Source: Felis catus (taxonomy: Eukaryota). From it: a stretch of 64,000 bases of DNA. The notes beneath the pieces were generated by a model. It saw nothing but the letters and a program-made list of their open reading frames with translations, made no database searches and had not been told where the DNA came from. Location: the NCBI RefSeq assembly GCF_018350175.1, contig NC_058369.1:9798001-9862000 (forward strand), read 5' to 3'. Made by a program: the position numbers and the translations under genes. Shown piece by piece: positions 48,921-60,900 of this stretch. Positions within the stretch are counted from its first letter, which is position 1; every line of letters starts with the position of its first letter.

Positions 48921-49589
48921 TGTTATCAAACAAGTTCCCACCAGAGGCATAGGGCTCGGTCCTGCTGGGGAGTGCTGGCAGATTTTGTAGGACACACGTC
49001 CTACCTGAGGGGTGAGGGAGCTGGGTTATCGATTCTCCAACTCCCTCCCTCAGGCACTGGTTGAGGGCTGAGGCTGCAGGATCTGAGTTCCCTGGCACTT
49101 TGGGTAGAACAGGCCCCAGCCCTAAATAGATATAAATGCCTGACGGTGAGGCTTGGGGGCGCCTGGCAGGCTCCAGACATCACCTGCCAGGGAGAGCGGG
49201 AGGTTGAGCCACGGAGAGACGGCAGTACATCAGGGGAGTGGGAGGAAGGGACCAATGTGGGGGAATGACGGACGGAGAGGGTATCTGCATTGTTAATCCC
49301 CCTCCCACAAAGGAAGAAGCTTGGAGGTGATCATTTGCCCACATTTCCCAGGACGGCGTGCACTCATGACAGGAGACACTCAGGGTCCCTCAGGGCTAGG
49401 GCAGGAGACAGGTCTGAGTTTCAGCCAGAAGAGAGAAACAGTCCTCAGCCCAAGATCTCCATGTGGAACCAGTGGCTGCTAGCTCGGAATCTCCTCAGTC
49501 TCCCCAGCAGAGTAATGGGACTAAGCCTCACAGAGCTACTGAATTTGCTGCCTTGATGCTGGCCCCGGTGAGAACCAAGCTGCTTCTGG

Positions 49590-49940
49590 CAGGCCTCTTT
49601 CAGTTGCAAAGGACAGAGAACCCAAACGAGACTAGCTGGTGCAAACGAGGGCATTTATGGACTCATGAACAGAAACATCCAGTGGATGTATCATTCAGGC
49701 ATAGCTGGATCCAGCGGCTCAAATGACATCCTCGTTTGATCCTTTGCCTCTTAGCTCTCTCAGCAGGCTTCTCTGTTTAGTGCCAAGATATCCCCAGCAG
49801 CAACATGGGCACACTCTGAGCTTTACTCCAACTGAAAAGTCTCAAGTTTCAATCTCATTGGCCTAGCTTTGGTCACATGTCCGTCTGGAACCAGTCCCCG
49901 TGGCCAGAAGGATGGACCGCGCTGATTAGCTAGGAACCTA
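49590..49940. mobile_element. Old MaLR (MLT1-type) LTR fragment
   Basis: tttcagttgcaaaggacagagaaccc...ttcaggcatagctggatccagcggctcaaatgacatc...tctcattggcctagctttggtcacatg. Confidence 0.55.
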
Positions 49941-50433
49941 ATCAGTGCTCTTGTAAATGACCTGCTGGCCTTATCTCCCTGCGACAAACTCCGTTTCCTC
50001 TACCTTGCACTGCCCTGCCCAGCCCTGCCCTGCCTTTCCTAGCCCTGCCCTGCCTGGTCCAGCCTTCCGCTACCCAACAAAGAGTTCTGCAGGGACAGCA
50101 CTGGAGGACTATGGTCCACGAATATAGAGCCCGGCATAATCAGCATTTATGACACCTTCATGGAATGCATGCGTGGAGGATGGTGTCTGTGTGTGTGGGA
50201 GAGGTTTGCATGGGGAGGCAGTGTTGGCTCTGATCTCAGAGTAGGGAGGACTGTAGGGTCATGGGGACAAGGGACAGTTGCAGGAACACTGTGGGCAGCT
50301 AGGGCAGCAATCTGGTCTCATTTTGCTTGCTGGGGCGTATGAGGAGGAGGTGGGGGTTGATGTTAAAGAGGGCAAGAGGATGATGAGAAATGTAGTCTCC
50401 CAATTAGAAAAGGAAAGGGGAAAAAAACGGGGT

Positions 50434-50660
50434 GGGCACCTGGGTATCAGTTGGTTGAGCGTCCGACTCTTGATTTCAGCTCAGGTCAGGATCCCAGGGT
50501 CGTGGGATCGAGCCCCATGTCAGGCTCCACATTGAGTGTGGAGCCTGCTTGGGATTCTCTCTCTTTCTCTATGTCTTTCTTCCCTGCTTATGATCACTCT
50601 TTCTCTTTCTCTTTCTCTCTCTCTCTCAAATAAAAAAAAAAGAAAGAAAGAAGGAAAGGA
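50434..50660 (+). mobile_element. Can-SINE
   Basis: gggcacctgggt... head, (CT)n, A-rich tail. Confidence 0.85.
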
Positions 50661-50759
50661 AAGGCATTCAACCTCAAGACCCAGGCTAAGGCCAAACTTC
50701 TCAATCGGCCTTCATCTGGCTAATTAGCCCTTCAAGATCTGAGCCAAATTCATAAAATC

Positions 50760-51270
50760 GCTGATACTTATCTGGGCCTATGGCTGCCTAAGATAAAGTG
50801 CCACATTTCCCAGCCTCCCTTGCAGCTGGGTACAACCATATGACTGTGTAAACAGAGGTGGTATGTGCCACTTTGAGGAAAAAGGAGTGTGTTTCTCCTC
50901 CCTACTGTTGGAATGTGGGTGTGATGGCTGGAACTCCATCAGCCATCTTGGGCCATGACGTCAAGACCACTATTCTTGAATGGTGGAGGGACGAGATAGA
51001 AGCAACCTGGGTGTCACAGACAATGGAAGGCCATCCCGGCAATGATGAGTGTTTTGATCACCTCCTACCCACCCTGTTGGTGAAGGAGGGGTCTGCTCTA
51101 AATGATACAAGATAGCCACGCACGTGACAGCCAACCCTGGATAGAAAAAACTGGTGTTGGTTTATTATTCACATGTAATCACAGCCTGGAGGAGGGAAGG
51201 ACACGGCATGCCACGCGGGGAGCCACATGGGGGGTGGCGCACGTGGGAGCCAAGTCAAGAAACAGGGTCA
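50760..51270. mobile_element. MLT1-type LTR fragment followed by an ERVL-class LTR fragment
   Basis: cacatttcccagcctcccttgcagctggg...gtgatggctggaactccatcagccatcttg, then tgttggtgaaggagggg...tttattattcacat. Confidence 0.55.
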
Positions 51271-51425
51271 AAACAACTAGAATAGTCACCAAATTCGTGA
51301 TTAAAATTAGCATAGTTATTTAAGTTGTGGCCTCCAAAGTTTAGAATGAAAATTGCTTATTCATAACACAACATGCTCAAATTAGTGCAAATTTTGCAAA
51401 TAATCACCAAGAAGCTGGGATACAT

Positions 51426-51660
51426 TTTTTTTTTAAGTTTATTTATTTTTGAGAGAGAGAGAGGCAGAGACAGAGTGTGAGCAGGGGAGGGGCCGAGAGA
51501 GAGAGGGAGACACAGAATCCGAAGCACGTTCCAGGCTCCGCGCTGTCAGCACAGAGCCCTCGTCGAATCCTCTGTCCCTCCCCACCTCTCTGCCCCTCCC
51601 CTGCTCATGCACTCCCTCTCTCTCTCTCAAAAATGAATAAACATTTTTTAAAAAGGAAAG
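51426..51660. mobile_element. Chimeric headless Can-SINE fusion (- strand 3' half joined to a + strand 3' half)
   Basis: T-tail and (GA)n on the left, (CT)n and A-tail on the right, junction GCTGTCAGCACAGAGCCC at 51542-51559. Confidence 0.8.
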
Positions 51661-51819
51661 AAAACGAACAGGGAGACCCAAGGGACACCGCTGAGAAAAG
51701 CTTGATGGCCGAGGGGTGGGCAGAAGACAGCCAGCAAAGATCATGGGGAAGGAGGGTCCGGAAGAGAGGACGAACCTGGAAGTATCTGGTAAAACCGAAA
51801 ATGTGCCTGCCGTGTACTT

Positions 51820-52340
51820 GTGATGGTTAACCGTACAGGTCCCGTGAAAGGTTATACTCTAAAGTGATACTGGCCCATGGGCTGCACAGATTAAACCTGA
51901 TTTCTGGGTGCATCTGTGACAGTGTTCCCAGAAGAGATTAGCGCTTGAATCTGTGAACTCAGTGAAGTAGATTGCCCTCCCCCAAATGGATGGGCATCAT
52001 CCAGTCCATGGAGGGGCTGAACGGAACAGAAAGCAGAGAAAGTGAGGCCAGGGGCGCAGGAGTGCTAGAAGACCGGGCTCCAGGGGTTCCCAAATACACC
52101 GGCTTCCGCTGCTCGCCGGTGACAAAATCCAAAGGCAGGGAAACCAGTGGTGATGAAACAGGAAAGGAATTTCTGTCAGTGAGGCCAACACGGGGAAGAC
52201 AGCGGACGAGCTCTCGAAGGCTGTCTCCCAAGTGCCAAAAATACTTCCAGGTCGGTGTAAGGAAGATGGGGGGCAAAGGTGGGTGGGTGCATGCAGGTGA
52301 GCACTGAAGATCAAATCGATCACGGCCTTGGCATCACTCT
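51820..52340. mobile_element. MLT2 (ERVL) LTR 5' part followed by an ERV1-like LTR fragment
   Basis: tgtgatggttaa...gaagagattagcgcttgaatc...gattgccctcccccaaatggatgggcatcatccagtcc; MLT2-like 3' motif ttattggttcggtttc at about 53000. Confidence 0.6.
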
Positions 52341-52357
52341 CGACTTAAAGAAACCAA

Positions 52358-52617
52358 AGTTTATTTATTTTTGAGCGAGAGAGCAGAGGAGGGGCAGAGA
52401 GAGAGGGGGACAGAGGAGAGAGAGTGGGGGAGGGGCGGAGAGAGAGGGGGACAGAGGAGAGAGAGCGGGGGAGGGACAGAGAGAGAGGGGGACAGAGGAT
52501 CTGACATGGGCTCTGCGCTGACAGCAGAGAGCCTGACATAGGGCTTGAACTCATGAACTGTGAGATCATGACCCGAAGCCAAATTCAGAGGCTTAACTGA
52601 GCCACCCAAGTGCCCCT
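52358..52617 (-). mobile_element. Can-SINE with an internal ~40-bp triplication
   Basis: Three copies of gagagag...gagggg...gagagagggggacagagga. Confidence 0.85.
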
Positions 52618-52624
52618 AAATCTT

Positions 52625-52995
52625 TCTATAGATTAATAGGTGTAGATATAGGTGTAGATAGATCAATCAATACATAGAGATAGAATTCTATGTCTATAAA
52701 TAGATTGAAAGAGGAAGATATATATATAAAATGATATATACATACGTACATACAAAAGGATATATATATAAAGAATAAAGGATAAACATATACATGATAA
52801 GATAGATATAGATGATTTAGATATGGATATCTTACTGGTTCTGTTTCACATGTGCATATATAAAAAGATAGATATATATACACATATCTATCTATATATA
52901 AAAAGATATATATACACATATCTATCTATATATAAAGGATATATATATACATGATAAGATATATCACATACGGATACACATATATGTAGATACAT
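52625..52995. repeat. AT-rich (TA/TAGA)n low-complexity tract
   Basis: Degenerate TATA/TAGA repeats with local duplications (gatatatatacacatatctatctatatataaa twice). Confidence 0.85.
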
Positions 52996-53867
52996 TCGTT
53001 ATTGGTTCGGTTTCCTGTGGGTATTAGATGGGCAGGCAAGATCATTCTGCGTAACAAGCAGCCCCAAGGGTCAGCGACTAACCCCAGAGTTGGTCATTCA
53101 CGCAATCTGATCTCAACGGCTCAGCAGGGTCACTCTGAGCCACACAGTCACTCAGGGATCCAGTCCACCAGAAGCCGCACCGTCCTGAACAGCAGCCCCC
53201 ACAGTTGCTGGCTCCGTGGAAAAGAGAGGACTCCCAAGTCAGCTTTTCAGGGTTTCCACCCAGAAGTACCTTCTGCTTGCGTTTCACTGGCCAGGATTAG
53301 TCACGTGGTCCTGCCTGACTGCAAGGGACAGAGAAGGTGGGGGTCGGGGTAGGGGCTTGGGGAGGAGCAAGGGGACTATCTGGAGGATTACTCTCTCCGC
53401 AACACCCAAGGACCAGAAATCTGCTCTGGAAAACCTCTTACACAGCCGGTAACAGACACATACAAGAGTTCCCTGTAGGCTCGTTTGTTACAGTGAAAAT
53501 TCTCTGCCGCGTGGGATCACACACGGCTGGTGATTTTAATTCACGTCACTTCCTCGGAGGGCCCCTCACCAGAACCCCCAATCAGAAGCAACATTTTTGT
53601 CTCTCTCTCTCTCTCCTCTTCCCTGCCTTACCTTTCTTCCTGGCATTTCTCACATCCTGACTTACATATCTGCCCACCGTCCGCTGTCCTCCCCCACTGT
53701 GGAGGGGGGCACTTGGCCATAGTCACCTCTGTCCCTCAGCACCTAGAGCAGTGTCGAATACAAACCAGGTGAGCGGTGAACATATGTCGTGTGAACAAGT
53801 GAAAAATAATCTCCTAAGAGGGGAATAAACAAACCAAACATGTTCCTGTTAAAATAATAGAGAACCA

Positions 53868-54048
53868 AGGGCGCCTGGGTGGCTCAGTCTGACTTCGGCT
53901 CGGATCGTGATCTCGCAGTCCGTGGGTTCAAGCCCCATGTCGGGCTCTGTGCTGACAGCTTGGAGCCTGGAGCCTGCTTCGGATTCCGTGTCTCCCTCTC
54001 TCTCTCTCTCTCCCTCCCTCAAAAATAAATAAACATTAAAAAAAAATA
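53868..54048 (+). mobile_element. Can-SINE
   Basis: gggcgcctgggtggctcag head; TSD-like aaaaa(t)a(a)tagagaa(c/t)ca. Confidence 0.85.
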
Positions 54049-54094
54049 GAGAATCAGGTTTAGGACACACAAGGGACTCACTCTATATACGTAA

Positions 54095-54577
54095 TGTATC
54101 AGCTTCCTGGAACGGTCGTACCAATGCTCACAAACAAGGTAGCTTAGAACAGCAGGCATTTATTCATTTCGGAAGTCCAGATTATTTATTTGGACCTGTG
54201 GAGAGAGCCTGGAAGTCCCAAGTCAAGGTGTTGGCAGAGCTGTTCCTTCTGGAGGCTCCTTCCTTGTAGCTATTCCAGCTTCTGGTGGTTGCTGGCAATC
54301 TTTGACGTTCTTGGGCCTGTGGCTGTGTCAGGACCATCTCTGCCTCGGTTTCCATGTGGACTTTTCCTCCATGAGAGTGTCTGTGTTCCTCCTCCTCTCT
54401 TTTATAAGGACACTGGCCGTGGGATTTAGGGCCCAGCTGGTTAATCCAGGATAATCTCATTTCAAGATCTTTTACTTAATTGCGTCTTTTTCCCCCCCAA
54501 ATAAGGTCATATTTGCATGTTCTAAGGGTTAGGACACCAGGATACCGTTTTGCGGGTCACTGTTCAAACCATTACAT
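54095..54577. mobile_element. MLT1B/C-like MaLR LTR
   Basis: tgtatcagcttcctgg...aaggtgttggcagagctgttccttctggaggctc...taatccaggataatctcatttcaagatc...gttcaaaccattaca. Confidence 0.75.
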
Positions 54578-54669
54578 GGATTAGTGTGGGTAGGGCTAAT
54601 CTCGTGAGGAGAAAAAGGGTACAGAGCGAGGCTGACAGTTTTGATCATTTTCATAAAGTGAAAAGATAT

Positions 54670-55864
54670 TGGGGCGCCTAGGTGGCTCGGTCAGTTAAGT
54701 GTCTGAACATTTTTTTTTTTTAGAAACTGAGATATAATTGAGATATAACGTGAGTTTTAGGTGCACAGTACTTCATTTTGTTTATTACGTGAGTTTATTA
54801 CTCATTTATTTATCACGTGTTGATACACTTTTACTCGTTTCCCACTTTGGGCGATTAACAAATAACATGGCCATGACCAGTCCTGACCGAGTCTTTGAGG
54901 ACACATGTCTTTTTTAAAAGTTCTTTCGGGTAGGGGTGCCTGGGCGGTTCGGTCGGTGGAGCGTGTGACTCTTGATCTCGGGGTTGTGGGCTCGAGCCCC
55001 ACGTTGCCTGTGGAGATTATGTAAAAAAAAAAATAATAAAATCTAAAAAAAAAAAAAAAAAAGACGTTCTCAGGTGAATACATCGGACTGAAATGCGCTG
55101 AATCACACAGTAAGTGCACATTTCACTTTTTATGAGACTGCCAAACTGCCTTCCAACGTGGTTGTGTCGTTTTGCACCCCCACTGGCGGCTGTGAGAGTT
55201 AGGGTTCCTCCAAGCCCTTGTCAACACTTGTGGTCAGTCTTTAATTTTAGCCATTTTGGTGGGTATGTCCTGCTATATCATTGTGACTCTATTTGTATTT
55301 CTTTGACGACTAATAATGTTGAACATCTTTTCACGGGCTCACGGCCCATTCTATGTCTCCTCCGTGTTGAATTTAAGAGTGTATAAAGGTAATGCCTATT
55401 TAAAATAAGTGAGGGGGCGCCTAGGTGGCTCAGTCAGTTAAGCGTCTGACTTCGGCTCAGGTCATGATCTCATGGTTTGTGGATTCAGGCCTCGTGTCAA
55501 GTTCTGTGCTGTGTGGAGTCTGCTTGAGAGTCTCTCTCTCCCTCTCTCTCTGCACCTCCCCACCTTACACATGGGCAATCTCTCTCCCTCTCGAAATAAA
55601 TAAACTTGAAAAAAAAGGAGGGGCACCTGGGTGGGTCAGCCACTTAAGCGTCCGACTTGGGCTCAGGTCAGGATCTCACAGTTCGTGAGTTCGAGCCCCA
55701 CGTCGGGCTCTGTGCTGTCAGCTCAGAGCCTGGAACCTACTTGGGATTCTGTGTCCCCCTCTCTCTGCCCCTTGCCTGTTCACACTATGTCTCTGTTTCT
55801 CTCTCAAAAGTGAATAAACATTTTTAAAAACGTCAATGATAACACCCATTAGGATGGTTTCTAT

Positions 55865-55897
<33 letters not shown>

Positions 55898-56617
55898 TAA
55901 CCAGGGAAGTCGGGTGGCTCAGTCGCTTAAGTGTCAGACTCTTGGTTTCAGCTCAGGTCATGATCTCGCAGTTTGTGAGTTTGAGCCTGCACGGAGCTCT
56001 GCACTGACAACGCGGAGCCTGCTTGAGATTCTCTGTCTCCCTGTCTCTGACCCTCCCTGCTTGCTCTCTATCTCTTTCTCTCAAAATAAATAAATAAATA
56101 CTTTTTAAAAAAAAAATTTTTTTTTCAACGTTTATTTATTTTTGGGACAGAGAGAGACAGAGCATGAACGGGGGAGGGGCAGAGAGAGAGGGAGACATAG
56201 AATCGGAAACAGGCTCCAGGCTCCGAGCCATCAGCCCGGAGCCTGACGCGGGGCTCGAACTCACGGACCGCGAGATCGTGACCTGGCTGAAGTCGGACGC
56301 CCAACCGACTGCGCCACCCAGGCGCCCCAAATAAATACTTTTTTAAAAAACGCAGAAGATAACAAATATTGGCAAGGATGTAGAGTAACTGAAACCTACT
56401 TTTTTTTTTTAAAACATTTTTATTTATTTCTGAGAGACAGAGACAGAACGTGAGCGGGGGAGGGGCAGAGAGCGAGAGGGAGACACAGAATCCAAAGCAG
56501 GCTCCAGGCTCCGAGCTGTCAGCACAGAGCCCCACGCGGGGCTCGAACCCACGAACCGCGAGATCATGGCCTGAGCCGAGGTCAGAGGCCCAAACAACTG
56601 AGCCACCCAGGCGCCCC
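54670..56617. mobile_element. Dense cluster of about 7 Can-SINEs interleaved with L1 fragments
   Basis: + copies at 54670 (fragment), 54932, 55413, 55620 and 55903; - copies at 56117-56328 (young) and 56400-56617; L1M text at 54800-55400. Confidence 0.85.
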
Positions 56618-56883
56618 TGAAACCTACTTCTTATCTCTACCCTGATACCCGGTCCTTGAACATGACCCATGGGCCCCGAATACAGCCGCTTTTCTCCGTC
56701 TTCACTGCTATTACTCGAATCCGAGCCACCATAACCTGTCCCTCTGGCCTCCCTGAGGCCATTCTTGCCCCACCACCCCTCTTCCCCTCAACATCCTCCA
56801 CACGGAAGCCAAATGAACTTTTGAAGAGTCTTCTCTTCAGAAACCTTGGTATTTTGAAATAATTTTCAATTTACAGAAGATTT

Positions 56884-57227
56884 GTGCTATGGACTAAATG
56901 TCTGTGCCTTGCCTAAAGGCATAGGTTGAAATCCAGCCCCGATGGGATGGTACTGGAAGGTGGGACCTTTGGGGGTGGTTATGTCATGAGGATGGAGACT
57001 TCATGAATGGGATTAGCGCCCTATAAAGGAGCCAGTGCTCGTGTGCCTTTGCTCTCTCCTCTTTCTCGCTGTTTCTCTCAGTCATGGGAGGATATAGCAA
57101 GGATATACAACCTAGGATTGGCTAGATCTTAGACTTCCCAGCCTCCAGAACTATGGGAAATCAAATTTGGGTGTAAATCCACCCAGTCTACAGCATTTTT
57201 AATATGGCAGCTCAATGAGTTAAGACA
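56884..57227. mobile_element. MLT1A-like MaLR LTR inserted in an L1MC fragment (about 56850-58460)
   Basis: tgctatggactaaatgtctgtg...catgaatgggattagcgccct...agacttcccagcctccagaactatg...taagaca. Confidence 0.75.
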
Positions 57228-58131
57228 ATTTGCAAAGGAGGCACAGAAAGTTCTTGTCTACCCATTCCCCACTGGCCCGAATGGGAACATCTTGCATAAC
57301 CACGGTACAGTTGTCACAACTAAGAGGTTAGCTAACCTTGGCACAAGACTGTTCACTAAACTACAGGCTTAATATGAGTGACAGCAGTTGTCTCTCTGAT
57401 GTCCTTTTCTTTTCTGGTCCAGGGTCCCATCCAGGACACCACATTTCATTTATTTATCATGTCTCCTAAGACTTCTCTAAGTCGTGCCAGTTTCTTGGTC
57501 AGGCTTTGTTTCTCGTGATCCTGACGTTTTTGAAGTATCCTAGTCAGGTCTTTGTAGACTGTCCCTTGAGTTGGGACGAACATCTGATGGTTTCTCACGA
57601 CTAGATTGAGTTTGGGGGTTTAAGTGACGATATTGAGGAGGTGATGTGTCCTCCTCATCACATCATATCAAGGGTCCGGGCACATGACTCATCGCTATGA
57701 TGACAATGTTGATTACCTGGTTGCGGTAATGTCTGCCAGATTTCTCCACTGTCAAGTTCGTTGCTTCCCTTCCCATAACTTTATTCCTTAGAAGCAAGTC
57801 ACTAAATCCAGCCCGCACCCAACAAGGTGGAGAATTAAGCTCCACCTCCCGGAAGGAGGCATATCAAATAATCTGTGGACATATATTTAAAAAAACCCAG
57901 TAGTTAGTAAATATTTTGGGAGAGATACTTTTAGGGTAGGTGTTTCTCCTTCCAGTTTCATCCACAAATTTTAGCACTCATTGGTAGATCTCGCCTGCTG
58001 CAAATTGTAATTGTGGTGTTTGCCTGATGATAATTTCCTATTTCCCTCATTCTTTCTACACTTATTAATTGAACATCTATTAATTGAACATCTTCTATAT
58101 GGAAGAATGGTCTCTTCCCCCCCCCCGCCCA

Positions 58132-58790
58132 TTTTTTTTTTAATTTTTAATGTTTTTATTTATTTTTGAGACAGAGAGAGACAGAGCATGAGTGGGGAAG
58201 GGGCAGAGAGAGAGGGAGACACAGAATCTGAAGCAGGCTCCAGGCTCTGAGCTGTCAGCACAGAGCCCGACGCAGGGCTCGAACTCAGACTGTTAGATCA
58301 TGACCTGAGCTGAAGTCGGATGCTTAACCAACTGAGCCACCCAGGTGCCCGCCCCCTGCCCATTTTTTATTCATTTATTTACATCAGTATGAACTCATGG
58401 GTATTTATTTAATTCTTTGGATTACAATGATTATTTCTTTGTTTATTTATTAATTAAAGTAATCTCTCTGCCCAATGTGGGATTTGAACTCAAGACCTGG
58501 AGATCAAAAGTCGCATGCTCTACCCACTGAGACAGCCAGGTGCTGCATGGATCATAATGATCTTTTTGACCATGTATTGTTTTTTTTCAACGTTTATTTA
58601 TTTTTGGGACAGAGAGAGACAGAGCATGAACGGGGGAGGGGCAGAGAGAGAGGGAGACACAGAATCGGAAACAGGCTCCAGGCTCTGAGCCATCAGCCCA
58701 GAGCCTGACGCGGGGCTCGAACTCACGGACCGCGAGATCGTGACCTGGCTGAAGTCGGACACTCAACCGACTGCGCCACCAAGGCGGCCC
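58132..58790 (-). mobile_element. Three Can-SINEs (58132-58350, about 58440-58545 short type, 58580-58790 young)
   Basis: Reverse-strand heads and tails; the last has the 17-bp TSD GATCATAATGATCTTTT. Confidence 0.85.
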
Positions 58791-59408
58791 GATCATAATG
58801 ATCTTTTAAATCTCATATCAGATTCCATCATCTTCTACTAAAAACCTTCCAGAGGCTCCACTTTATGCTTAAGAGTAAAATCCAACTATCTTGCTCACCC
58901 GACACTCCCTACCCACTTCCCGGTCCTTGTCTGTTTGACTTGCTTACTTTCTTCCTTGCTTATTCCTGCTTTGGCCCAACTGGACTTTTTGGGGTCTTTC
59001 AGGCATGTCACCCTCATCCCTTTGAAGGCTTTGTCTTTATTGGAATATTCCTCCTCCTCACCTGCATGGGGACCTCTCTCTAGCTGGCCTGAGCAGCCTT
59101 CTTCCTCTCTTTGATGTCTAAGCCTACCTCGAATTAGGTAACTGAAATCTATTTCTTTACCATCTGTCTTGTTCACTGCTGTATCCCTAGAACCTAGAAC
59201 ATAGTAGGTGCTCAAGAAATATTTGCTGCATAAATGAATGCACGGAATGCATTCATGAGGCTGAGAGAGTACAAAGAGCAAGATCTATTCACTCCCTCTC
59301 TGATTACAGCCATAATTGAGGCATATGCGTGCCAGGTACTCAGGGGCACTACACGGTAAGCCTCAGTTTCACCCTGTGTAAAATGGACGTAATAAAAGGA
59401 CCTATCTA

Positions 59409-59630
59409 GGGGCGCCTGGGTGGCTCAGTCAGTTGAGCGTTTCACTTCAGCTCAGGTCATGATCTTGCTCACGGGTTCAAACCCTGAGTCGGGCTCTGTG
59501 CTAATGGCTCAGAGCCTGGAGCCTGCTCCGGATTCTGTGTCTCCCTCTCTCTCTGCCCTTCCCCCTGCTCACGTCCTGTCTTTTTCTCACAAAATTAAAA
59601 AAAAAAAAAAATTAAAAAAATCTTTTTAAA
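59409..59630 (+). mobile_element. Can-SINE inserted in a MIR
   Basis: TSD AAAAGGACCTATCTA on both sides; MIR core (cctcagtttc...tgtaaaatgg) flanks it. Confidence 0.88.
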
Positions 59631-59894
59631 AAGGACCTATCTACAAAACTGTTGCGAAGATTAGATGAGCTAACACATATGAAAATGATACTCAGCAGGC
59701 ATTCAACAATTATTAGTATTGTTATCTGTAAAATGGGCACAACAGCGACTTACTACATAGAATTGTTTGTAAGCTCAGAACCGTGTCTTGCACATGTGAA
59801 GTGCTATATAAGCGATAGATTCTATCATTATCGTCATCGTCATCCCACCAGGCCGTCCCTACTTTCAACGAAAGATGTTTTTAATCGAATCTCA

Positions 59895-59934
<40 letters not shown>

Positions 59935-59989
59935 AAATCCCTTTCTTCGGCCTGCCCTGGTGGTCTCAGGATACTGTCAGGCCTCTGCA

Positions 59990-60900
59990 CCTCCGCAGAG
60001 AGCGCCGACATCACTAGGCTGGGGACTCTGGCCCTTGTGGACCACAGACTCCCATCGCCCCGCCCACAGGCCTGGACCGCCCGCGGTCTCCATGGAAACC
60101 CACTAGCCGCAGGGGGGCGTGACGCCGCCGAGACGGATAGGGGCCTTCGCCTATCCGGTCAAAGTCATTTCGGCAAGGGGCGCAAATGGGGCCTCTGATG
60201 GGTGCGTCCTTGCGGAAAGGCGGGGATACGGCGGCGGACCACGGGGGTTGTGCCGTTTCTACCAATCAAGTGCCGAGATCGCTTTGATGGACAGGCGTAG
60301 CGGGAAGAGGCCCCAAGTGCGGGCTTTCACCCAACAGACTGGCCGCAATGCCGAGAAAGGGCCAATGAGGAGGAGGCGGGGGTGGGACGAAAAGGCCGGT
60401 TGCTCCGGAAGTGGAGGGAGGGGGTGAAAATGGCGCCCAGCTCGAAATCGGAGCGGAACAGCGGGGCCGGGAGCGGCGGCGGCGGCCCCGGGGGCGCCGG
60501 GGGGAAGCGGGCAGCGGGGCGGCGGCGGGAGCACGTCCTCAAGCAGCTGGAGCGGGTCAAGGTGAGGCCTGGAGTCTGGGGAGAGCTCGCTGGAGGGTGG
60601 GGAAAAGGGACGAGGGAGGCGGAGGGAGGGAGGGAGGGAGGGAGTTCGCGGGGTGAGGGGTTGGGGGCGGAGCCCCGGGGGAGGGGGCTCAGAGGAAGGG
60701 GGCTGGGCGGGGCCCAGGAGAGCGGACTTGGATGGAGGGGGCTGGGACGGGGGCTTGGATGGAGTGGGCTGGGGGCGGGGTCCGCGGTAGGGGGCTTGGA
60801 TGGAAGAGCTGCTGGAGGGGGCCGGGAAAGAGCTTGGGTGGAGGGGGGTCGCTGGAGGAATAAGGAGAAAGGGGGCGATCCAGGGTCAGACTCGTTTTTC
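59990..60900 (+). promoter_or_regulatory. DCAF15 CpG-island promoter
   Basis: CpG-dense. X-box-like GTCTCCATGGAAAC (60086), CCAAT boxes (about 60262 and 60362), ETS CCGGAAGTG (60405), YY1-like AAAATGGCG overlapping the ATG. Confidence 0.8.

Noticed and set aside
13366..59629. Many similar short ORFs (…[21 protein letters not shown]…)
   Set aside because: Translations of Can-SINE copies, not a protein family.
59897..59932. 36-nt poly(T) tract upstream of the DCAF15 promoter
   Set aside because: Simple homopolymer with no attached retrocopy or clear TSD; ordinary.
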